NCBI RefSeq assembly: GCF_009914755.1
Contig: NC_060942.1
Length of the DNA stretch: 64,000 bases
Direction: 5' to 3' (one strand)
Source of the DNA: the human T2T-CHM13v2.0 reference genome, Homo sapiens
Shown: positions 13,550-25,869 of the stretch, in pieces
Layout of the letters: the number at the start of each line of letters is the position of its first letter
How positions within the stretch are numbered: the stretch's first letter is position 1
Translations under genes and position numbers: made by a program
The notes under the pieces: generated by a model
Told to the model about the DNA's origin: nothing
What the model saw: the letters and a program-made list of their open reading frames with translations, nothing else
Databases searched by the model: none

Positions 13550-16500
13550 CATTCTCAGAAACTTACTCGTGATGTGTGTCCTCAACTAAAGGAGTAGAAC
13601 CTTTCTATTCGTAGAGAAGCTTTGAAATGCTCTTTTTGTGGAATCTCCAAGTGGATATTTGGCTAGTTTTGAGGATTTCGTTGGAAGCGGGAATTCATAC
13701 AAATTGCAGACTGCAGCGTTCTGAGAAACATCTTTGTGATGTTTGTATTCAGGACACAGAGAGGAACATTCCCTATCATAGAGCAGGTTGGAATCACTCC
13801 TTTTGTAGTATCTGGAAGTGGACATTTGGAGCGCTTTCAGGCCTATGTTGAAAAAGGAAATATCTTCCCATAACAACTAGACACAAGCATTCTCAGAAAC
13901 TTGTTTGTGATGTGTGCCCTCTACTGACAGAGTTGAACCTTTCTTTTCATAGAGCAGTTTTGAAACACTCTTTTTGTAGAATCTGCAAGAGGATATTTGC
14001 ATAGCTTTGAGGATTTCGTGGGAAACGGGATTGTCTTCAGGTAAAATCTAGACAGAAGCATTCTCAGAAACTTCTTTGGGATGTTTACATTCAAGTCACA
14101 GAGTAGAACATTCCCTTTGGTAGAGCAGGTTTGAAACCCTCTTTTTGTAGTATCTGGAAGTGGACATTTGGAGCGCTTTCTGGCCCATGTTGCAAAGGGA
14201 AATATCTTCCCGTAACAACTAGGCAGAAGCATTCTCAGAAACTTATTTGAGATGTGTGTACTCAACTAAGAGAATTGAACCACCGTTTTGAAGGAGCAGT
14301 TTTGAAACACTCTTTTTCTGGAATCTGCAAGAGGATATTTGCCTAGCCTTGAGGATTTCGTTGGAAACGGGATTGTCTTCAGATCAAATCTAGACAGAAG
14401 CATTCTCAGAAACTTCTTTGGGATGTTTGCATTCAAGTCACAGAGTAGAATATTCCCTTTGGTAGAGCAGGTTTGAAACACTCTTTTTTTAGTATATGGA
14501 AGTGGACATTTGGAGCACTTTCAGGCCTACGTTGGAAAAGGAAATATCTTCCCATAACAACTAGACAGAAGCATTCTCAGAAACTAGTTTCTGATGTGTG
14601 TCCTCAACTAACACAGTTGAACTTTTCTTTAGACAGAACAGTTTTGAAACACTCTTTTTGTGGAATCTGCAAGTGGCTATTTGGCTAGATTTGAGGATTT
14701 CGTTGGAAACGGGATTACATATAAAAAGCAGACAGCAGCATTCTCAGAAAGTTCTTTGTGATGACTGCATTCTAGTCACAGGATTGAACATTCCCTTTCA
14801 CAGAGCAGGTTTGAAACACTCTTTTTGTAGTGTGTGTAAGTGGACATTTGGAGCGCTTTCCGGCCTAAGGTGAAAAAGGAAATATCTTCCCATAAAAACT
14901 AGACAGAAGCATTCTCAGAAACTTACTCGTGATGTGTGTCCTCAACTAAAGGAGTAGAACCTTTCTATTCATAGAGAAGTTTTGAAACGCTCTTTTTGTG
15001 GAATCTCCAAGTGGATATTTGGCTAGTTTTGAGGATTTCGTTGGAAGCGGGAATTCATACAAATTGCAGACTGCAGCGTTATGAGAAACATCTTTGTGAT
15101 GTTTTTATTCAGGACACAGAGATGAACATTCCCTATCATAGAGCAGGTTGGAATCACTCCTTTTGTAGTATCTGGAAGTGGACATTTGGAGCGCTTTCAG
15201 GCCTATGTTGAAAAAGGAAATATCTTCCCATAACAACTAGACACAAGCATTCTCAGAAACTTGTTTGTGATGTGTATCCTGTACTGACAGAGTTGAAACT
15301 TTCTTTTCATAGAGCAGTTTTGAAACACTCTTTTTGTAGAATCTGCAAGAGGATATTTGCATAGCTTTGAGGATTTCGTGGGAAACGGGATTGTCTTCAG
15401 GTAAAATCTAGACAGAAGCATTCTCAGAAACTTCTTTGGGATGTTTGCATTCAAGTCACAGAGTAGAACATTCCCTTTGGTAGAGCAGGTTTGAAACACT
15501 CTTTTTGTAGTATCTGGAAGTGGACATTTGGAGCGCTTTCAGGCCCATGTTGGAAAGGGAAATATCTTCCCGTAACAACTAGGCAGAAGCATTCTCTGAA
15601 ACTTTTTTGAGATGTGTGTACTCAACTAAGAGAATTGAACCACCGTTTTGAAGGAGCAGTTTTGAAACACTCTTTTTCTGGAATCTGCTAGAGGATATTT
15701 GCCTAGCTTTGAGGATTTCGTTGGAAACCGGATTGTCTTCAGATAAAATCTAGACAGAAGCATTCTCAGAAACTTCTTTGGGATGTTTGTATTCAAGTCA
15801 CAGAGTAGAACATTCCCTTTGGTAGAGCAGGTTTGAAACACTCTTTTTTTAGTATATGGAAATGGACATTTGGAGCGCTTTCAGGCCTACGTTGGAAAAG
15901 GAAATATCTTCCCATAACAACTAGACAGAAGCATTCTCAGAAACTAGTTTCTGATGTGTGTCCTCAACTAACACAGTTGAACTTTTCTTTAGACAGAACA
16001 GTTTTGAAACACTCTTTTTGTGGAATCTGCAAGTGGATATTTGGCTAGATTTGAGGATTTCGTTGGAAACGGGATTACATATAAAAAGCAGACAGCAGCA
16101 TTCTCAGAAAGTTCTTTGTGATGATTGCATTCAAGTCACAGAATTGAACATTCCCTTTCACAGAGCAGGTTTGAAACACTCTTTTTGTAGTGTGTGTAAG
16201 TGGACATTTGGAGCACTTTCCGGCCTAAGGTGAAAAAGGAAATATCTTCCCATAAAAACTAGACGGAAGCATTCTCAGAAACTTACTCGTGATGTGTGTC
16301 CTCAACTAAAGGAGTAGAACCTTTCTATTCATAGAGAAGGTTTGAAACGCTCTTTTTGTGGAATCTCCAAGTGGATATTTGGCTAGTTTTGAGGATTTCG
16401 TTGGATGCGGGAATTCATACAAATTGCAGACTGCAGCGTTCTGAGAAACATCTTTGTGATGTTTGTATTCAGGACACAGAGATGAACATTCCCTATCATA

Positions 16501-19500
16501 GAGCAGGTTGGAATCACTCCTTTTGTAGTATCTGGAAGTGGACATTTGGAGCGCTTTCAGGCCTATGTTGAAAAAGGAAATATCTTCCCATAACAACTAG
16601 ACACAAGCATTCTCAGAAACTTGTTTTTGATGTGTGCCCTCTGCTGACAGAGTTGAACCTTTCTTTTCATAGAGCAGTTTTGAAACACTCTTTTTGTAGA
16701 ATCTGCAAGAGGATATTTGCATAGCTTTGAGGATTTCGTGGGAAACGGGATTGTCTTCAGGTAAAATCTAGACAGAAGCATTCTCAGAAACTTCTTTGGG
16801 ATGTTTGCATTCAAGTCACAGAGTAGAACATTCCCTTTGGTAGAGCAGGTTTGAAACCCTCTTTTTGTAGTATCTGGAAGTGGACATTTGGAGCGCTATC
16901 AGGCCCATGTTGGAAAGGGAAATATCTTCCCGTAACAACTAGGCAGAAGCATTGTCAGAAACTTATTTGAGATGTGTGTACTCAACTAAGAGAATTGAAC
17001 CACCGTTTTGAAGGAGCAGTTTTGAAACACTCTTTTTCTGGAATCTGCAAGAGTATATTTGCCTAGCCTTGAAGATTTCGTTGGAAACGGGATTGTCTTC
17101 AGATAAAATCTAGACAGAAGCATTCTCAGAAACTTCTTTGGGATGTTTGCATTCAAGTCACAGAGTAGAACATTCCCTTTGGTAGAGCAGGTTTGAAACA
17201 CTCTTTTTTTAGTATATGGAAGTGGACATTTGGAGCGCTTTCAGGCCTACGTTGGAAAAGGAAATATCTTCCCATAACAACTAGACAGAAGCATTCTCAG
17301 AAACTAGTTTCTGATGTGTGTCCTCAACTAACACAGTTGAACTTTTCTTTAGACAGAACAGTTTTGAAACACTCTTTTTGTGGAATCTGCAAGTGGATAT
17401 TTGGCTAGATTTGAGGATTTCGTTGGAAACGGGATTACATATAAAAAGCAGACAGCAGCATTCTCAGAAAGTTCTTTGTGATGATTGCATTCAAGTCACA
17501 GAATTGAACATTCTCTTTCACAGAGCAGGTTTGAAACACTCTTTTTGTAGTGTGTGTAAGTGGACATTTGGAGCGCTTTCCGGCCTAAGGTGAAAAAGGA
17601 AATATCTTCCCATAAAAACTAGACAGAAGCATTCTCAGAAACTTACTCGTGATGTGTGTCCTCAACTAAAGGAGTAGAACCTTTCTATTCGTAGAGAAGC
17701 TTTGAAATGCTCTTTTTGTGGAATCTCCAAGTGGATATTTGGCTAGTTTTGAGGATTTCGTTGGAAGCGGGAATTCATACAAATTGCAGACTGCAGCGTT
17801 CTGAGAAACATCTTTGTGATGTTTGTATTCAGGACACAGAGAGGAACATTCCCTATCATAGAGCAGGTTGGAATCACTCCTTTTGTAGTATCTGGAAGTG
17901 GACATTTGGAGCGCTTTCAGGCCTATGTTGAAAAAGGAAATATCTTCCCATAACAACTAGACACAAGCATTCTCAGAAACTTGTTTGTGATGTGTGCCCT
18001 CTACTGACAGAGTTGAACCTTTCTTTTCATAGAGCAGTTTTGAAACACTCTTTTTGTAGAATCTGCAAGAGGATATTTGCATAGCTTTGAGGATTTCGTG
18101 GGAAACGGGATTGTCTTCAGGTAAAATCTAGACAGAAGCATTCTCAGAAACTTCTTTGGGATGTTTACATTCAAGTCACAGAGTAGAACATTCCCTTTGG
18201 TAGAGCAGGTTTGAAACCCTCTTTTTGTAGTATCTGGAAGTGGACATTTGGAGCGCTTTCTGGCCCATGTTGCAAAGGGAAATATCTTCCCGTAACAACT
18301 AGGCAGAAGCATTCTCAGAAACTTATTTGAGATGTGTGTACTCAACTAAGAGAATTGAACCACCGTTTTGAAGGAGCAGTTTTGAAACACTCTTTTTCTG
18401 GAATCTGCAAGAGGATATTTGCCTAGCCTTGAGGATTTCGTTGGAAACGGGATTGTCTTCAGATCAAATCTAGACAGAAGCATTCTCAGAAACTTCTTTG
18501 GGATGTTTGCATTCAAGTCACAGAGTAGAACATTCCCTTTGGTAGAGCAGGTTTGAAACACTCTTTTTTTAGTATATGGAAGTGGACATTTGGAGCGCTT
18601 TCAGGCCTACGTTGGAAAAGGAAATATCTTCCCATAACAACTAGACAGAAGCATTCTCAGAAACTAGTTTCTGATGTGTGTCCTCAACTAATACAGTTGT
18701 ACCTTTCTTTAGACAGAACAGTTTTGAAACACTCTTTTTGTGGAATCTGCAAGTGGCTATTTGGCTAGATTTGAGGATTTCGTTGGAAACGGGATTACAT
18801 ATAAAAAGCAGACAGCAGCATTCTCAGAAAGTTCTTTGTGATGACTGCATTCTAGTCACAGGATTGAACATTCCCTTTCACAGAGCAGGTTTGAAACACT
18901 CTTTTTGTAGTGTGTGTAAGTGGACATTTGGAGCGCTTTCCGGCCTAAGGTGAAAAAGGAAATATCTTCCCATAAAAACTAGACAGAAGCATTCTCAGAA
19001 ACTTACTCGTGATGTGTGTCCTCAACTAAAGGAGTAGAACCTTTCTATTCATAGAGAAGTTTTGAAACGCTCTTTTTGTGGAATCTCCAAGTGGATATTT
19101 GGCTAGTTTTGAGGATTTCGTTGGAAGCGGGAATTCATACAAATTGCAGACTGCAGCGTTATGAGAAACATCTTTGTGATGTTTTTATTCAGGACACAGA
19201 GATGAACATTCCCTATCATAGAGCAGGTTGGAATCACTCCTTTTGTAGTATCTGGAAGTGGACATTTGGAGCGCTTTCAGGCCTATGTTGAAAAAGGAAA
19301 TATCTTCCCATAACAACTAGACACAAGCATTCTCAGAAACTTGTTTGTGATGTGTATCCTGTACTGACAGAGTTGAACCTTTCTTTTCATAGAGCAGTTT
19401 TGAAACACTCTTTTTGTAGAATCTGCAAGAGGATATTTGCATAGCTTTGAGGATTTCGTGGGAAACGGGATTGTCTTCAGGTAAAATCTAGACAGAAGCA

Positions 19501-21460
19501 TTCTCAGAAACTTCTTTGGGATGTTTGCATTCAAGTCACAGAGTAGAACATTCCCTTTGGTAGAGCAGGTTTGAAACACTCTTTTTGTAGTATCTGGAAG
19601 TGGACATTTGGAGCGCTTTCAGGCCCATGTTGGAAAGGGAAATATCTTCCCGTAACAACTAGGCAGAAGCATTCTCTGAAACTTTTTTGAGATGTGTGTA
19701 CTCAACTAAGAGAATTGAACCACCGTTTTGAAGGAGCAGTTTTGAAACACTCTTTTTCTGGAATCTGCTAGAGGATATTTGCCTAGCTTTGAGGATTTCG
19801 TTGGAAACCGCATTGTCTTCAGATAAAATCTAGACAGAAGCATTCTCAGAAACTTCTTTGGGATGTTTGTATTCAAGTCATAGAGTAGAACATTCCCTTT
19901 GGTAGAGCAGGTTTCAAACACTCTTTTTTTAGTATATGGAAATGGACATTTGGAGCGCTTTCAGGCCTACGTTGGAAAAGGAAATATCTTCCCATAACAA
20001 CTAGACAGAAGCATTCTCAGAAACTAGTTTCTGATGTGTGTCCTCAACTAACACAGTTGAACTTTTCTTTAGACAGAACAGTTTTGAAACACTCTTTTTG
20101 TGGAATCTGCAAGTGGATATTTGGCTAGATTTGAGGATTTCGTTGGAAACGGGATTACATATAAAAAGCAGACAGCAGCATTCTCAGAAAGTTCTTTGTG
20201 ATGATTGCATTCAAGTCACAGAATTGAACATTCCCTTTCACAGAGCAGGTTTGAAACACTCTTTTTGTAGTGTGTGTAAGTGGACATTTGGAGCACTTTC
20301 CGGCCTAAGGTGAAAAAGGAAATATCTTCCCATAAAAACTAGACGGAAGCATTCTCAGAAACTTACTCGTGATGTGTGTCCTCAACTAAAGGAGTAGAAC
20401 CTTTCTATTCATAGAGAAGGTTTGAAACGCTCTTTTTGTGGAATCTCCAAGTGGATATTTGGCTAGTTTTGAGGATTTCGTTGGATGCGGGAATTCATAC
20501 AAATTGCAGACTGCAGCGTTCTGAGAAACATCTTTGTGATGTTTGTATTCAGGACACAGAGATGAACATTCCCTATCATAGAGCAGGTTGGAATCACTCC
20601 TTTTGTAGTATCTGGAAGTGGACATTTGGAGCGCTTTCAGGCCTATGTTGAAAAAGGAAATATCTTCCCATAACAACTAGACACAAGCATTCTCAGAAAC
20701 TTGTTTGTGATGTGTGCCCTCTGCTGACAGAGTTGAACCTTTCTTTTCATAGAGCAGTTTTGAAACACTCTTTTTGTAGAATCTGCAAGAGGATATTTGC
20801 ATAGCTTTGAGGATTTCGTGGGAAACGGGATTGTCTTCAGGTAAAATCTAGACAGAAGCATTCTCAGAAACTTCTTTGGGATGTTTGCATTCAAGTCACA
20901 GAGTAGAACATTCCCTTTGGTAGAGCAGGTTTGAAACCCTCTTTTTGTAGTATCTGGAAGTGGACATTTGGAGCGCTATCAGGCCCATGTTGGAAAGGGA
21001 AATATCTTCCCGTAACAACTAGGCAGAAGCATTGTCAGAAACTTATTTGAGATGTGTGTACTCAACTAAGAGAATTGAACCACCGTTTTGAAGGAGCAGT
21101 TTTGAAACACTCTTTTTCTGGAATCTGCAAGAGTATATTTGCCTAGCCTTGAAGATTTCGTTGGAAACGGGATTGTCTTCAGATAAAATCTAGACAGAAG
21201 CATTCTCAGAAACTTCTTTGGGATGTTTGCATTCAAGTCACAGAGTAGAACATTCCCTTTGGTAGAGCAGGTTTGAAACACTCTTTTTTTAGTATATGGA
21301 AGTGGACATTTGGAGCGCTTTCAGGCCTACGTTGGAAAAGGAAATATCTTCCCATAACAACTAGACAGAAGCATTCTCAGAAACTAGTTTCTGATGTGTG
21401 TCCTCAACTAACACAGTTGAACTTTTCTTTAGACAGAACAGTTTTGAAACACTCTTTTTG
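13550..21460 (+). repeat. Tandem duplication of three 8-mers, period 4080 bp
   Basis: Shared private variants at +4080: HindIII 13617/17697, GACTGCATTCTAGTCACAGG 14763/18843, TGTATCCTGTAC ~15273/19353, CTCTGAAACTTTTTTGAG ~15595/19675, TTGGATGCGG 16401/20481. Ends are approximate. Confidence 0.88.
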
Positions 21461-23420
21461 TGGAATTTGCAAGTGGATATTTGGCTAGATTTGAGGATTT
21501 CGTAGGAAACGGGATTACATATAAAAAGCAGACAGCAGCATTCTCAGAAAGTTCTTTGTGATGATTGCATTCAAGTCACAGAATTGAACATTCCCTTTCA
21601 CAGAGCAGGTTTGAAACACTCTTTTTGTAGTGTGTGTAAGTGGACATTTGGAGCGCTTTCCGGCCTAAGGTGAAAAAGGAAATATCTTCCCATAAAAACT
21701 AGACAGAAGCATTCTCAGAAACTTACTCGTGATGTGTGTCCTCAACTAAAGGAGTAGAACCTTTCTATTCATAGAGAAGTTTTCAAACGCTCTTTTTGTG
21801 GAATCTCCAAGAGGATATTTGGCTAGTTTTGAGGATTTCGTTTGAAGCGGGAATTCATACAAATTGCAGACTGCAGCGTTTTGAGAAACATCTTTGTGAT
21901 GTTTGTATTCAGGACACAGAGATGAACATTCCCTATCATAGAGCAGGTTGGAATCACTCCTTTTGTAGTATCTGGAAGTGGACATTTGGAGCGCTTTCAG
22001 GCCTATGTTGAAAAAGGAAATATCTTCCCATAACAACTAGACACAAGCATTCTCAGAAACTTGTTTGTGATGTGTGCCCTCTGCTGACAGAGTTGAACCT
22101 TTCTTTTCATAGAGCAGTTTTGAAACACTCTTTTTGTAGAATCTGCAAGAGGATATTTGCATAGCTTTGAGGATTTCGTGGGAAACGGGATTGTCTTCAG
22201 GTAAAATCTAGACAGAAGCATTCTCAGAAACTTCTTTGGGATGTTTGCATTCAAGTCACAGAGTAGAACATTCCCTTTGGTAGAGCAGGTTTGAAACCCT
22301 CTTTTTGTAGTATCTGGAAGTGGACATTTGGAGCGCTATCAGGCCCATGTTGGAAAGGGAAATATCTTCCCGTAACAACTAGGCAGAAGCATTGTCAGAA
22401 ACTTATTTGAGATGTGTGTACTCAACTAAGAGAATTGAACCACCGTTTTGAAGGAGCAGTTTTGAAACACTCTTTTTCTGGAATCTGCAAGAGTATATTT
22501 GCCTAGCCTTGAAGATTTCGTTGGAAACGGGATTGTCTTCAGATAAAATCTAGACAGAAGCATTCTCAGAAACTTCTTTGGGATGTTTGCATTCAAGTCA
22601 CAGAGTAGAACATTCCCTTTGGTAGAGCAGGTTTGAAACACTCTTTTTTTAGTATATGGAAGTGGACATTTGGAGCGCTTTCAGGCCTACGTTGGAAAAG
22701 GAAATATCTTCCCATAACAACTAGACAGAAGCATTCTCAGAAACTAGTTTCTGATGTGTGTCCTCAACTAACACAGTTGAACTTTTCTTTAGACAGAACA
22801 GTTTTGAAACACTCTTTTTGTGGAATTTGCAAGTGGATATTTGGCTAGATTTGAGGATTTCGTAGGAAACGGGATTACATATAAAAAGCAGACAGCAGCA
22901 TTCTCAGAAAGTTCTTTGTGATGATTGCATTCAAGTCACAGAATTGAACATTCCCTTTCACAGAGCAGGTTTGAAACACTCTTTTTGTAGTGTGTGTAAG
23001 TGGACATTTGGAGCGCTTTCCGGCCTAAGGTGAAAAAGGAAATATCTTCCCATAAAAACTAGACAGAAGCATTCTCAGAAACTTACTCGTGATGTGTGTC
23101 CTCAACTAAAGGAGTAGAACCTTTCTATTCATAGAGAAGTTTTCAAACGCTCTTTTTGTGGAATCTCCAAGAGGATATTTGGCTAGTTTTGAGGATTTCG
23201 TTTGAAGCGGGAATTCATACAAATTGCAGACTGCAGCGTTTTGAGAAACATCTTTGTGATGTTTGTATTCAGGACACAGAGATGAACATTCCCTATCATA
23301 GAGCAGGTTGGAATCACTCCTTTTGTAGTATCTGGAAGTGGACATTTGGAGCGCTTTCAGGCCTATGTTGAAAAAGGAAATATCTTCCCATAACAACTAG
23401 ACACAAGCATTCTCAGAAAC
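20700..23420 (+). repeat. Single-HOR tandem duplication, period 1360 bp
   Basis: GGAATTTGC and CGTAGGAAAC (21501/22861), TTTGAAGCGG (21841/23201) and CGTTTTGAGAAAC are shared only by these adjacent units. Confidence 0.85.
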
Positions 23421-25869
23421 TTGTTTGTGATGTGTGCCCTCTACTGACAGAGTTGAACCTTTCTTTTCATAGAGCAGTTTTGAAACACTCTTTTTGTAGA
23501 ATCTGCAAGAGGATATTTGCATAGCTTTGAGGATTTCGTGGGAAACGGGATTGTCTTCAGGTAAAATCTAGACAGAAGCATTCTCAGAAACTTCTTTGGG
23601 ATGTTTGCATTCAAGTCACAGAGTAGAACATTCCCTTTGGTAGAGCAGGTTTGAAACCCTTTTTTTGTAGTATCTGGAAGTGGACATTTGGAGCGCTTTC
23701 AGGCCCATGTTGGAAAGGGAAATATCTTCCCGTAACAACTAGGCAGAAGCATTCTCAGAAACTTATTTGAGATGTGTGTACTCAACTAAGAGAATTGAAC
23801 CACCGTTTTGAAGGAGCAGTTTTGAAACACTCTTTTTCTGGAATCTGCAAGAGTATATTTGCCTAGCCTTGAGAATTTCGTTGGAAACGGGATTGTCTTC
23901 AGATCAAATCTAGACAGAAGCATTCTCAGAAACTTCTTTGGGATGTTTGCATTCAAGTCACAGAGTAGAACATTCCCTTTGGTAGAGCAGGTTTGAAACA
24001 CTCTTTTTTTAGTATATGGAAGTGGACATTTGGAGCGCTTTCAGGCCTACGTTGGAAAAGGAAATATCTTCCCATAACAACTAGACAGAAGCATTCTCAG
24101 AAACTAGTTTCTGATGTGTGTCCTCAACTAACACAGTTGAACTTTTCTTTAGACAGAACAGTTTTGAAGCACTCTTTTTGTGGAATCTGCAAGTGGATAT
24201 TTGGCTAGATTTGAGGATTTCGTTGGAAACGGGATTACATATAAAAAGCAGACAGCAGCATTCTCAGAAAGTTCTTTGTGATGATTGCATTCAAGTCACA
24301 GAATTGAACATTCCCTTTCACAGAGCAGGTTTGAAACACTCTTTTTGTAGTGTGTGTAAGTGGACATTTGGAGCGCTTTCCGGCCTAAGGTGAAAAAGGA
24401 AATATCTTCCATAAAAACTAGACAGAAGCATTCTCAGAAACTTACTTGTGATGTGTGTCCTCAACTAAAGGAGTAGAACCTTTCTATTCATAGAGAAGTT
24501 TTGAAACGCTCTTTTTGTGGAATCTCCAAGTGGATATTTGGCTAGTTTTGAGGATTTCGTTGGAAGCGGGAATTCATACAAATTGCAGACTGCAGCGTTC
24601 TGAGAAACATCTTTGTGATGTTTGTATTCAGGACACAGAGATGAACATTCCCTATCATAGAGCAGGTTGGAATCACTCCTTTTGTAGTATCTGGAAGTGG
24701 ACATTTGGAGCGCTTTCAGGCCTATGTTGAAAAAGGAAATATCTTCCCATAACAACTAGACACAAGCATTCTCAGAAACTTGTTTGTGATGTGTGCCCTC
24801 TACTGACAGAGTTGAACCTTTCTTTTCATAGAGCAGTTTTGAAACACTCTTTTTGTAGAATCTGCAAGAGGATATTTGCATAGCTTTGAGGATTTCGTGG
24901 GAAACGGGATTGTCTTCAGGTAAAATCTAGACAGAAGCATTCTCAGAAACTTCTTTGGGATGTTTGCATTCAAGTCACAGAGTAGAACATTCCCTTTGGT
25001 AGAGCAGGTTTGAAACCCTCTTTTTGTAGTATCTGGAAGTGGACATTTGGAGCGCTTTCAGGCCCATGTTGGAAAGGGAAATATCTTCCCGTAACAACTA
25101 GGCAGAAGCATTCTCAGAAACTTATTTGAGATGTGTGTACTCAACTAAGAGAATTGAACCACCGTTTTGAAGGAGCAGTTTTGAAACACTCTTTTTCTGG
25201 AATCTGCAAGAGTATATTTGCCTAGCCTTGAGGATTTCGTTGGAAACGGGATTGTCTTCAGATAAAATCTAGACAGAAGCATTCTCAGAAACTTCTTTGG
25301 GATGTTTGCATTCAAGTCACAGAGTAGAACATTCCCTTTGGTAGAGCAGGTTTGAAACACTCTTTTTTTCGTATATGGAAGTGGACATTTGGAGCGCTTT
25401 CAGGCCTACGTTGGAAAAGGAAATATCTTCCCATAACAACTAGACAGAAGCATTCTCAGAAACTAGTTTCTGATGTGTGTCCTCAACTAACACAGTTGAA
25501 CTTTTCTTTAGACAGAACAGTTTTGAAACACTCTTTTTGTGGAATCTGCAAGTGGATATTTGGCTAGATTTGAGGATTTCGTTGGAAACGGGATTACATA
25601 TAAAAAGCAGACAGCAGCATTCTCAGAAAGTTCTTTGTGATGATTGCATTCAAGTCACAGAATTGAACATTCCCTTTCACAGAGCAGGTTTGAAACACTC
25701 TTTTTGTAGTGTGTGTAAGTGGACATTTGGAGCGCTTTCCGGCCTAAGGTGAAAAAGGAAATATCTTCCCATAAAAACTAGACAGAAGCATTCTCAGAAA
25801 CTTACTCGTGATGTGTGTCCTCAACTAAAGGAGTAGAACCTTTCTATTCATAGAGAAGTTTTGAAACGC

